Positions 34,941 through 43,254 of a stretch of 50,787 bases of DNA are shown here, piece after piece; positions within the stretch are counted from its first letter, which is position 1; each line of letters opens with the position of its first letter. Under the pieces are notes generated by a model, which saw only the letters and a list, made by a program, of their open reading frames with translations, made no database searches and was not told the origin of the DNA. The translations under genes were made by a program, and so were the position numbers. Location of the stretch: NCBI GenBank assembly GCA_025463425.1, contig JAOBWQ010000068.1, positions 1 to 50,787 of the forward strand, in the 5' to 3' direction. Origin of the DNA: Ilumatobacteraceae bacterium (lineage in GTDB: Bacteria; Actinomycetota; Acidimicrobiia; Acidimicrobiales; Ilumatobacteraceae).

Positions 34941-37553
34941 TCACGAGGTGGTGTGCCGGCTGAAGCGGGCAGCACGGCGAACGATGCGGTGTTCGTGCCG
35001 TTGCTGCGGGGTCGGCCGTTGCACCGCACGTCGAGCCTCGGCCTTGTAGAACCTTGCTTTCGCAGCCTCGATCAAGACGAGGTACACACCGATCATGCCG
35101 AGCAGGATGAGGAAGAACGCCACCGGCAAAGTGGTGAAGCCCAGCACATGGGCGGCCGGACTGAATGGCAGCAGCACACCGACGCCCGCCGCAGCGGCCG
35201 GGATGATCACCATCGCCGGGCTCGGTCGGCTGCGGAGGAACGGGACTCGTCGGGTCCGGATGAGGAACACGACGAGGGTCTGAGTGGCCAACGATTCGAC
35301 GAACCAGCCGGTGCGGAACTCACTGTGACTGGCGTCCAGGATCTCGATCATCACGAAGAACGTGGCGAAGTCGAACAGCGAGCTGACCGGGCCGAAGACC
35401 ATCATGAACCGGCGGAGGAAGGCGATGTCCCACGCGGCCGGCCGGGCGAGCACCTCCGGATCCACGTTGTCGGTCGGGATCGCGAGTTGGCCGACGTCGT
35501 AGAGCAGGTTGTTGAGCAGGATCTGGGAAGGCAGCATCGGAAGGAACCCGAGGAACAGCGACGCGCCGGCGGCGCTGAACATGTTGCCGAAGTTCGACGA
35601 GGTGGCCATCAGTACGTACTTGAGGGTGTTGGCGAAGATCCGCCGACCTTCGACGACACCGTCGGCGAGCACACCGAGGTCCTTGTCGAGGAGCACGATG
35701 TCGGCCGCGTCCTTGGCGACATCGGTGGCGGAATCGACGGAGATGCCGACGTCCGCGACGTGCAGCGCGACCGCGTCGTTGACGCCGTCGCCGAGAAACG
35801 CGACGTCTGCTCCGCCACGTCGAGCCACCTTCACGATCCTCGACTTCTGATCGGGGCTGACTCGCGCGAAGACCGTGGTGCCGGGAATCGCGTCAGCGAG
35901 CGCATCGTCGTCGAGGAGCTCGAGCTCGTGGCCGCTGAGCACACCGTCGACGTGCATGCCGATGTCTCGGCAGACCTTGGCGGCGACCGCGCCGTTGTCG
36001 CCGGTGATGATCTTGACGGCGATGCCCAAGCGGTTGAGCTCGAGGATCGCCGCGCCGGCATCCGGTTTCGGGCGGTCGATGAAGGTGAGGAACCCGGCGA
36101 ATTCGAGATCGTGTTCGTCAGCGGCCGTTGGCGCACGAGCTTCCAACGCCTTGGTGGCGACTGCGATGACTCGGGCGCCGTCGGCGAACAGCTCGTCGAG
36201 CACGCCCGTTGCCGAGGCCGGCACGTCGACACAGCGTCCGAGGACGATCTCGGGCGCCCCCTTGGTCACGAGAACCGTCGTACCGTCCGGCCGGCTCGTG
36301 ACGACTGACGCCAGCTGACGTTCGTGGTCGAACGGGAGCGACCCACATCGGCGATGCGCGGCAAGTCCGTTCGCTCCCGTCATCAGCACCTGGGCGTCGG
36401 GCGCCGAGATCATCGCTTGATCGAGCGCGTTTCCCCCGAGGGGACCGGTTGGCGTCATGGTCGATTCGTTGCAGACCAGACCGAGCATGAGGGCTGCGGT
36501 CGACGGGTGGCCGAGCGGGTCGAGCGCGCGGTCGAAGGTGACGGCTCCTTCTGTCAACGTTCCGGTCTTGTCGGTGAACAGGAGTTCGATGTTGCCGAGG
36601 TCTTCGATCGTGACGAGGCGTTTGACGAGCACCCGGCGCTTGGCGAGTTGACGCGAACCCGTGGCCAGGCTGACGCTGACGATTGCCGGGAGGAGTTGCG
36701 GCGTGATCCCGATCGCGATGGCGAGTGAGAACAAGAGAGCGTCGATCAGCGGTCTGGACAGCGCGACGTTGATCGTGAAGATCGAGATCGTGAGGACGCC
36801 GGCGACGGCGACGAGCAGCTTGGAGAAGTTCTTCAGTCCGGTCTGGAAGGCGGTCTGGGCCGGACGATCGGCGAGGCCGACGGCGATCTTGCCGAACTCC
36901 GTGCGCGAGCCGGTGGCGACCACCACTCCGCGTGCCGAGCCCTGGTGGACGATCGTGCCCATGAACGCGCACGAGGCCAGCGCGAGTGCACTGGCGCCGC
37001 CACGTTCGGTTGGAGTCGACGTCTTCGCAACGGGCGCCGACTCGCCCGTCAAGACAGCTTCGTCGCACTCGAGCTGGACGGCCTCGATCAGCCGCAGGTC
37101 GGCGGGCACGATGCCACCGACGGAGACCTCGACGACGTCGCCCGGGACGAGATCACCGACGCCGATTCGCTGCCTGCTTCCGTCACGCCAGACGACGGTC
37201 TCGTGATGGATGTTGGCGTGCAACGCTGCCGCGGCTCGTTCTGCGCGGAGCTCGTTGAAGAAGCCGAGGCCGACGCTGAGCACGACGATGAGCCCGATGA
37301 TGATCGCATCCGTTGGATCGCCGGTTGCACCCGAGACGAAGGCAGCGCCCACCAGCAAGATCAGCAGCGGGTTGCGCACCTGCCGCATCAACACACCGAA
37401 CGCGGTGACATGACGCTCGGCGAGCACGTTGTGGCCGACATCGACCAAGCGATGCTGAGCCTCCACGGTCGTCAGACCGTCGGCCGTCGACTGCAGCGAC
37501 TCGAACGATGCGTCGACCGGCTGACCCGAGGCCTGGAGCAGTGAGAGGGTCAC
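34941..37553 (-). CDS. mgtA: Magnesium-translocating P-type ATPase (MgtA-type)
   Basis: It has DKTGTLT, TGES, PADLRL, TGDN, GDGVNDAVAL, and the MgtA-typical TM segment SSNFGNMFSAAGASLFLGFLPMLPSQILLNNLLYDVGQLAIPTDNVD. The GTG at comp(37551..37553) overlaps the upstream stop as GTGA. Confidence 0.88.
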   Translation of the reverse strand: MTLSLLQASGQPVDASFESLQSTADGLTTVEAQHRLVDVGHNVLAERHVTAFGVLMRQVRNPLLILLVGAAFVSGATGDPTDAIIIGLIVVLSVGLGFFNELRAERAAAALHANIHHETVVWRDGSRQRIGVGDLVPGDVVEVSVGGIVPADLRLIEAVQLECDEAVLTGESAPVAKTSTPTERGGASALALASCAFMGTIVHQGSARGVVVATGSRTEFGKIAVGLADRPAQTAFQTGLKNFSKLLVAVAGVLTISIFTINVALSRPLIDALLFSLAIAIGITPQLLPAIVSVSLATGSRQLAKRRVLVKRLVTIEDLGNIELLFTDKTGTLTEGAVTFDRALDPLGHPSTAALMLGLVCNESTMTPTGPLGGNALDQAMISAPDAQVLMTGANGLAAHRRCGSLPFDHERQLASVVTSRPDGTTVLVTKGAPEIVLGRCVDVPASATGVLDELFADGARVIAVATKALEARAPTAADEHDLEFAGFLTFIDRPKPDAGAAILELNRLGIAVKIITGDNGAVAAKVCRDIGMHVDGVLSGHELELLDDDALADAIPGTTVFARVSPDQKSRIVKVARRGGADVAFLGDGVNDAVALHVADVGISVDSATDVAKDAADIVLLDKDLGVLADGVVEGRRIFANTLKYVLMATSSNFGNMFSAAGASLFLGFLPMLPSQILLNNLLYDVGQLAIPTDNVDPEVLARPAAWDIAFLRRFMMVFGPVSSLFDFATFFVMIEILDASHSEFRTGWFVESLATQTLVVFLIRTRRVPFLRSRPSPAMVIIPAAAAGVGVLLPFSPAAHVLGFTTLPVAFFLILLGMIGVYLVLIEAAKARFYKAEARRAVQRPTPQQRHEHRIVRRAARFSRHTTS

Positions 37554-38587
37554 GACCCGAGCGGCTCGACGACAGGGCCCCCGGGTTCGCTGCGACGCCA
37601 CAGTCGAAAGGCCACAGCGAGCAGTGCGGCTGAGCATGCGGTCGTCGTGATTCCAGCGACGAGCGCCCGTGGAGATGTCGATCCGGCGAAGAGCAGCGCG
37701 ATGCTGGCCGCAGCCGCCATCGCCCATGCCACGATCGCGACGCACGATGCGATGTTCTCGACGCGCGTGAACTCCGGATCGTTGCGCACCGATGATCCCG
37801 TCGCCCCCTCGGCTCGGAGGAGGCTCTCGATCCATCTCACCGGGGCCGTTGCCGAGACGATCACGACCGGTGCCCACATGCAGTACGTCGCGGCGATCCA
37901 GCGTTGATCAGCGATCGTCGACGTGGTCGCGGCACCCGTTGCCGCCGACGCGATGTACGTGGCCAGGACGGTCGTGACGACGACGAGGAGCGCTTTGACG
38001 TACCGCAGGACGACGACCTGCAAGCGCAGCACGTGCCGGGCGAGACCGAGCTCGACCTTGACCGCCTCTTCGAGCAGCGATCGGGTGCGCGACGCTGCCA
38101 GCTCGAGCAGCGCCTCGACCCGCTGCGCGTCCGTGCGCTCATCCTCGCGCAGCGCCGCGTACGCATCGAGTTGCCGGTCGATGCGGTCACGACCTCGGGA
38201 GTTGGCCGGTACGAGCAGGTCGAGGTTGCGTTGTTCGCTCCTGAGCTCGCCGGCGAGAGCCGTCGAAGCCGCGCTCAGTTCGCCCGACGGCAACCGCAGA
38301 CCCGTCAACGTGAAGCGCGGCGTGAACGTCTCCGCGCCGTACCGACTGATGTGGTTGGCATGGAAGTAGAACTGCGTGAGTTGCTTCACCACCAGCCACA
38401 CCAGCGTGAGCGACAAGCCGACGGAGAGCGCGACGGTGACGGCGAGCAAGACCTTGGGCACGGTGAGGGCGCCGGTCATGAACGACCGCAGCACCGTCTC
38501 GATCGCGTCGCGCTGCAACGCCGGCAGCAGCACGAGGATTCCTGCTCCCGACAGGAGCGCCGTTGCGACGCGGTGGATGGTCGACAA
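37550..38587 (-). CDS. Hypothetical integral membrane protein (2 N-terminal TM, charged coiled-coil-like middle, about 4 C-terminal TM)
   Basis: It is a 345-aa ORF with a TTG start and GAGG 7 nt upstream. The hydrophobic segments and codon bias are consistent with coding. It is translationally coupled to mgtA. I recognise no domain. Confidence 0.6.
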   Translation of the reverse strand: MSTIHRVATALLSGAGILVLLPALQRDAIETVLRSFMTGALTVPKVLLAVTVALSVGLSLTLVWLVVKQLTQFYFHANHISRYGAETFTPRFTLTGLRLPSGELSAASTALAGELRSEQRNLDLLVPANSRGRDRIDRQLDAYAALREDERTDAQRVEALLELAASRTRSLLEEAVKVELGLARHVLRLQVVVLRYVKALLVVVTTVLATYIASAATGAATTSTIADQRWIAATYCMWAPVVIVSATAPVRWIESLLRAEGATGSSVRNDPEFTRVENIASCVAIVAWAMAAAASIALLFAGSTSPRALVAGITTTACSAALLAVAFRLWRRSEPGGPVVEPLGS

Positions 38588-38684
38588 CCGGACCTCGCAG
38601 CGCTGCAGGAAGGCGCGTATCGCGGAACGCTCATCCGCCGTCGACAGCGCCTCGACGGCGATTGCCGGCTGACCGTCGTCGACC

Positions 38685-39116
38685 TCAGACAGGGGTCAGC
38701 TCCCACTCGACCGAGAAGCCGTCAGCCGCGGTGCGCACCTCGAACCGACGTCCGCTGATCGCTGAGATCTCGAGCGTGATCCATTGGTGGCGTCCCTCGC
38801 TGAGCAGCGGCTTCGGGTCGGGCAGCTCGTGGTGGCCGACGACTCGGCGGATCGATCCGCGCAGGATCACGCTCCACGCTGCGCCGTGCTCGAGGTCGAT
38901 GCAGTCCACCTCCAGCGAGCCCGGTCCCTCGTAGCGTCCCAGCATCGTGTCGCGATCGGTGCGCACGACGACCCGGCTGTCGTCCGCCACGAGTGCGTAT
39001 GAGACCGGGATCGCGAGTGGGTAGCCGTGCTCGACGATGCACATTCGTCCCACTGCTTGCTGGCTCACCAGCGCGATGCTGTCTCTGTTGGTCAGTTCGA
39101 AGCGCTCTGCGCCCAT
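38685..39116 (-). CDS. Pyridoxamine 5'-phosphate oxidase (PPOX split-barrel) family protein
   Basis: The ATG at comp(39114..39116) is preceded by GAGGAG. AVGRMCIVEHGYPLAIPVSYAL ... WSVILRGS ... is the Pyridox_ox_2 pattern. Confidence 0.75.
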   Translation of the reverse strand: MGAERFELTNRDSIALVSQQAVGRMCIVEHGYPLAIPVSYALVADDSRVVVRTDRDTMLGRYEGPGSLEVDCIDLEHGAAWSVILRGSIRRVVGHHELPDPKPLLSEGRHQWITLEISAISGRRFEVRTAADGFSVEWELTPV

Positions 39117-39156
39117 GATCGTCTCCTCGGTGTGGGGTTCTTGTTCGGTCGCGGGT

Positions 39157-41547
39157 TCATCCTGACCACGTCCAATCACGGATCTCGGGCAGGTCTTCGA
39201 AGTGCTCACGGATGTAGTGCGCGTGGTTGTCGAGCATCTCTACGCAGTGCGCGGTGAGTGCTTCGGCCCCTTCGGGGACGCGGCGTGCGTAGTGCAGTGC
39301 GGCCATGACGAGGTGGTAGCGACTCATCTTGTTGAGCACCACCATGTCGAACGGGGTCGTGGTCGTGCCCTGTTCGGTGAAGCCGCGGACGTGAAATCGT
39401 CCGGGTTCGTTCCGGCCGTGGAGGAGCTGGTGAAAGGCGCGGGCGTAGCCGTGCCACGCGACCACCACGTGGCCGACCCGCCCGAACAGGACCTCGAACC
39501 GGTCCTCGGTCATTCCGTGGGGGTGGATGTCTCGGGGTGGGAGGACCATCAGATCCATCACGTTGACGACGCGCACGCGCAGGTGCGGGACGTGCTGTCG
39601 GAGCAGCTGTGCTGCGGCAAGGGTCTCCTCGGTCGGCACGTCACCGGCGCATGCGAGGATCACGTCGGGCTCACCGTCGATGGCGTTCTCGCTGCTCGCC
39701 CAGTCCCACGCGGATGCGCCGGCCGCTGCGTGCGAGCGGGCGGCCTCGAGGTCCAAGTACTGCGGATGGGCCTGCTTGTCGACGACGAGCAGGTTCACGT
39801 AGTCGTGGCTGCGCAGCGCGTGGTCTGCCGCGACGAGGAGCGTGTTCGCGTCGGGTGGCAGGTAGATCCGGACGACCTCGGTCGACAGCGACAGCATCGT
39901 GTCGATCAGGCCCGGGCCTTGATGGCTGAAGCCGTTGTGGTCGTTTCGCCAACAGGTCGAGGTGAGCAGGATGTTGAGGCTCGCGACCGGTTCGCGCCAC
40001 GGCAGTGCTCGTGCGTGTTGCAGCCACTTGGCGTGCTGGATCGTCATCGAGGCGCTGACCATCGCAAACGCTTCGTAGGTCGCGAAGAGTCCGTGTCGTC
40101 CGGTGAGCAGGTAGCCCTCCAGCCATCCCTGACAGAGGTGCTCGGAAAGCACCTCCATCACGCGTCCGTCGCGGCTGACGTGGTCATCCGCGGTCGTGGT
40201 GTCGACGACGAGGCAGCGGTCGGTCGCCTCGAACACCGCGCCGAGCCGGTTGCTGTTGGTCTCGTCGGGGCAGAAGACCCGGAAGTTGGCGCTCGCTTCG
40301 GTGCGCCGGTACACGTCGCGTAGCAGTTCGCCGAGTGGACGGGTGGTCTCGTGATGCGTGGCCCCAGGAGCCGTCACGGCGAGCGCATATGGCTCGAGCG
40401 GCGGGATGTCGAGCGCGACGAGCAACCGACCGCCATTCGCGTGAGGTGACGCGCCCATCCGCTTGTCGCCGGTCGGCGCGAGCGCAGCGAGTTCCCCTAC
40501 CAGCCGTCCGTTGGTGTCGAACAGATCCTCGGGATGGTACGAGCGGAGCCAGGCCTCCAGCATCGCAAGGTGCTGTGGGTCGTCGCGGACGTTCGCGAGA
40601 GGGACTTGATGCGAACGGAAGGTGCCTTCGATCGCGAGACCGTCAACCATCTCGGGGCCGGTCCATCCCTTCGGTGTCCGCAGGATGATCGCCGGCCACG
40701 TCGGACGCTGCCACGAGTCGTTCTCCCGAGCGTCCTCCTGGATGCGGCGGATGTCCGCGTGGGCAGCATCGAGGGCAGCCGACAGAGCGCGGTGGACGAG
40801 CGTCGGATCGTCGCCGGACACGACGACCGGTGCCCATCCGTGGGCGCTCAGCAACGCCAGCACCTGTTCGTCGGTCTGACGTCCGAGCACGGTCGGACCG
40901 GAGATCTTGTAGCCGTTGAGGTGGAGGATGGGGAGAACTGCCCCGTCATGTGCGGGGTTGAGGAAGAACGGCGCCTTCCAAGAGCCCTCGAGCGGACCGG
41001 TCTCGGCCTCACCGTCGCCGACCACGCACGCCACGATCAGGTCGGGGTTGTCCATCGCCGCACCCGTTGCGTGCACGAGTGCGTACCCCAGCTCGCCTCC
41101 CTCGTGGATCGAGCCGGGTGTCGGCACGCCCACGTGGCTCGGTATCCCGCCCGGCGTCGAGAACTGGCGGACGAGCTTGCGGACCCCGGCGAGGTCCTGG
41201 CTGATGGACGGATAGATCTCGGAGTAGGTGCCCTCGAGGTAGACGTTCGCGACCATCGCCGGGCCGCCGTGGCCGGGTCCGGCGACGTACAGCACCTGCG
41301 CGCCCGTCTTGCGGATCAACCGGTTGAGGTGGGCATACAAGAGCGAGAGCCCGGGACTCGTGCCCCAATGTCCCAAGAGTCGCGGCTTGATGTGCTCTGC
41401 CCGCAGGGGCTCGCGAAGGAGAGCATTCTCGGCGAGGTAGATCTGCGCCACGGTGAGGTAGTTCGCCGCGTCCCAGTAGCGGTCCAACAACTGCAGTTCG
41501 TCATCCAGTGTGGGCGAATCGCCGAGCGCATCGATCGTGGCCGTCAT
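39157..41547 (-). CDS. xfp: Xylulose-5-phosphate/fructose-6-phosphate phosphoketolase
   Basis: The protein is 796 aa. LLGHWGTSPGLSLLYAHLNRLI, HEGGELGYAL and GDGEAETGP are XFP signature regions. Confidence 0.95.
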   Translation of the reverse strand: MTATIDALGDSPTLDDELQLLDRYWDAANYLTVAQIYLAENALLREPLRAEHIKPRLLGHWGTSPGLSLLYAHLNRLIRKTGAQVLYVAGPGHGGPAMVANVYLEGTYSEIYPSISQDLAGVRKLVRQFSTPGGIPSHVGVPTPGSIHEGGELGYALVHATGAAMDNPDLIVACVVGDGEAETGPLEGSWKAPFFLNPAHDGAVLPILHLNGYKISGPTVLGRQTDEQVLALLSAHGWAPVVVSGDDPTLVHRALSAALDAAHADIRRIQEDARENDSWQRPTWPAIILRTPKGWTGPEMVDGLAIEGTFRSHQVPLANVRDDPQHLAMLEAWLRSYHPEDLFDTNGRLVGELAALAPTGDKRMGASPHANGGRLLVALDIPPLEPYALAVTAPGATHHETTRPLGELLRDVYRRTEASANFRVFCPDETNSNRLGAVFEATDRCLVVDTTTADDHVSRDGRVMEVLSEHLCQGWLEGYLLTGRHGLFATYEAFAMVSASMTIQHAKWLQHARALPWREPVASLNILLTSTCWRNDHNGFSHQGPGLIDTMLSLSTEVVRIYLPPDANTLLVAADHALRSHDYVNLLVVDKQAHPQYLDLEAARSHAAAGASAWDWASSENAIDGEPDVILACAGDVPTEETLAAAQLLRQHVPHLRVRVVNVMDLMVLPPRDIHPHGMTEDRFEVLFGRVGHVVVAWHGYARAFHQLLHGRNEPGRFHVRGFTEQGTTTTPFDMVVLNKMSRYHLVMAALHYARRVPEGAEALTAHCVEMLDNHAHYIREHFEDLPEIRDWTWSG

Positions 41548-42482
41548 TCCGTCACCTCGACCGACGTCGGGCGAGCCGCGGCGGTGATGCGAGTGCCGGC
41601 GGTACCGGCGACCACGGCGTCGATCTCGTCCAACGAGCCGATCACCGCTGTACGGCCGGTGGCAGCAGCGAAGTTGCAGGCGGCGACGACCTTCGGGCCC
41701 ATCGAACCCTCGGCGAACTGCTCGCGCCGGAGTGCTTCCACCGTGACATCGCCGAGCGGTCGTGCCGACGGAGTGCCGTAGTCGGCGATCACGGCAGGCA
41801 CATCGGTGAGGATCACGAACAGGTCGGCGTGCAGCGACACGGCGAGGAGTGAGGCGACGTGGTCCTTGTCGACCACCGCCTCGACGCCCGTCAACCGCTG
41901 ATCGATCTCCACGACGGCACTTCCTGCGCCGCCCGCGCAGATCACCGTGACACCGTGTCCGAGCAACCCTTCCACGACCCCCGATTCGACGACGCGCACA
42001 GGGAGCGGGCTCGCGACGACTCGGCGCCAGTGGTCCCCGTCAGCGGCGACGTGCCATCCGTGTTCGTCGGCCAGCGCATTCGCCTCGCGTTCGTCGTAGA
42101 TGCGGCCGATGAACTTGGTCGGCGTGGCGAACGCTGCGTCATTCGGATCGACCACGGTCTGGGTGACGACAGTGACGATGGGGCCACCGAGACCACCGTT
42201 GTGGATCGCCTGCTGCAACCAGTAGCCGAGGAGACCCTGGGTCTCGGCGACGAGCGCGTCGAGCGGATATGTCGCGCTCAACGAGCGGTCGGCCTCACGT
42301 TCCAGCGCGAGCAGACCGACCTGTGGGCCGTTGCCGTGAACGATGACGACGCCCCACTCGCGGGCGACCTTTGCCAACCCGGGCGCGGCCTGGGCGATGT
42401 GATCGAGCTGAACGCTCGCATCGGCGCGTTCACCGCGCCGGAGCAACGCGTTGCCGCCGAGGGCGATCACAACTCGTCGCAC
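41544..42482 (-). CDS. arcC: Carbamate kinase
   Basis: VVIALGGNALL and VHGNGPQVG are carbamate-kinase N-terminal motifs. The GTG at comp(42480..42482) is preceded by GGGAG. The stop overlaps the xfp ATG as ATGA. Confidence 0.9.
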   Translation of the reverse strand: MRRVVIALGGNALLRRGERADASVQLDHIAQAAPGLAKVAREWGVVIVHGNGPQVGLLALEREADRSLSATYPLDALVAETQGLLGYWLQQAIHNGGLGGPIVTVVTQTVVDPNDAAFATPTKFIGRIYDEREANALADEHGWHVAADGDHWRRVVASPLPVRVVESGVVEGLLGHGVTVICAGGAGSAVVEIDQRLTGVEAVVDKDHVASLLAVSLHADLFVILTDVPAVIADYGTPSARPLGDVTVEALRREQFAEGSMGPKVVAACNFAAATGRTAVIGSLDEIDAVVAGTAGTRITAAARPTSVEVTE

Positions 42483-43096
42483 ACGAGCTCCCGCCTCGCG
42501 ACGGCGATGCCGGCCATCCAGCCGGGCGCCCGTCCGTTCGGCGGTGGCTCGATCCCGTCGACCTCGATCCCGCTGCGAACCAACAACCACGCGATCACGG
42601 AGTTCGAGTTCCACATCTCGCCGGCCCGGAGCTCGTCGCGTCCCCACACGGGTGTCGGCACCATCGGGGCGAGGTCGACGAGGTGCTGCGCAACCGAGGA
42701 CGTGACCGGAAATCGCGTGGAGCTGACCGACGAGGCCCAGTCAGGGATCAGTCCGTCGAGCCAGCAACGGTTCTCGTAACGGAACAAGCGGAAACGCCTC
42801 AGCCGGCGCGAGCCGACCGCGCCGGTTCCGACGACCCCGCGTCGTTGGCCGTGGTCGTCGGGAGTCGGCGCCATCTCGATCGTGTACACGTCGTCGCCGA
42901 CGGCGACCCGGAGTGCTGAGTGGTAGATGTCGGCCGTGCGGCGGCGGTGCAAGGCTGCGGAGACGGCCTCGAACATCCGGCCGTTCGCCCGGACGACTGA
43001 GCTGCCGGCACCCAGGGGGATCCATGAGAGCTCGACGGACGCACTGCCGACAAGGGCGACGCCAGTGGTCGATCGGGCCACGACGCTGCTGTGCAT
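42467..43096 (-). CDS. Conserved-looking hypothetical protein (209 aa), first gene of the arcC-xfp-mgtA operon
   Basis: The composition is coding-like and not low complexity (SWIPLGAG, YHSALRV, YTIEMAP, GEMWNSNSVIAWLL). It overlaps the arcC start by 16 nt. I recognise no domain. Confidence 0.6.
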   Translation of the reverse strand: MHSSVVARSTTGVALVGSASVELSWIPLGAGSSVVRANGRMFEAVSAALHRRRTADIYHSALRVAVGDDVYTIEMAPTPDDHGQRRGVVGTGAVGSRRLRRFRLFRYENRCWLDGLIPDWASSVSSTRFPVTSSVAQHLVDLAPMVPTPVWGRDELRAGEMWNSNSVIAWLLVRSGIEVDGIEPPPNGRAPGWMAGIAVARRELVCDEL

Positions 43097-43132
43097 GGAC
43101 TCATTCGACCACTGGCGGGGCCGCCGGGAATA

Positions 43133-43146
43133 GGGCCATTGGTCAG
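43133..43146. promoter_or_regulatory. Weak DosR-type box-like element GGGCCATTGGTCAG upstream of the long minus-strand operon
   Basis: The 5' arm GGGCC and the 4-nt spacer resemble the USP box, but the 3' arm is imperfect. It lies 37 nt upstream of the start codon at 43096, a similar offset to the USP box relative to 32924. Confidence 0.2.
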
Positions 43147-43254
43147 CACTTCAGCGTTGGTGCGCTTCCGATCGATGCGATCGATCTCGTCTGGCGCTCC
43201 GAACGGAGTGTGCGGAGCTCGACGTTCGGGTACACAGCGTCAAAGCGAGGTCTC

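Noticed and set aside
38588-38684. A possible Mg2+ (M-box) riboswitch ahead of the membrane protein-mgtA pair.
   Set aside because: The gap is only 97 nt, too short for an M-box, and it lies inside an operon. No conserved M-box helices are recognisable.
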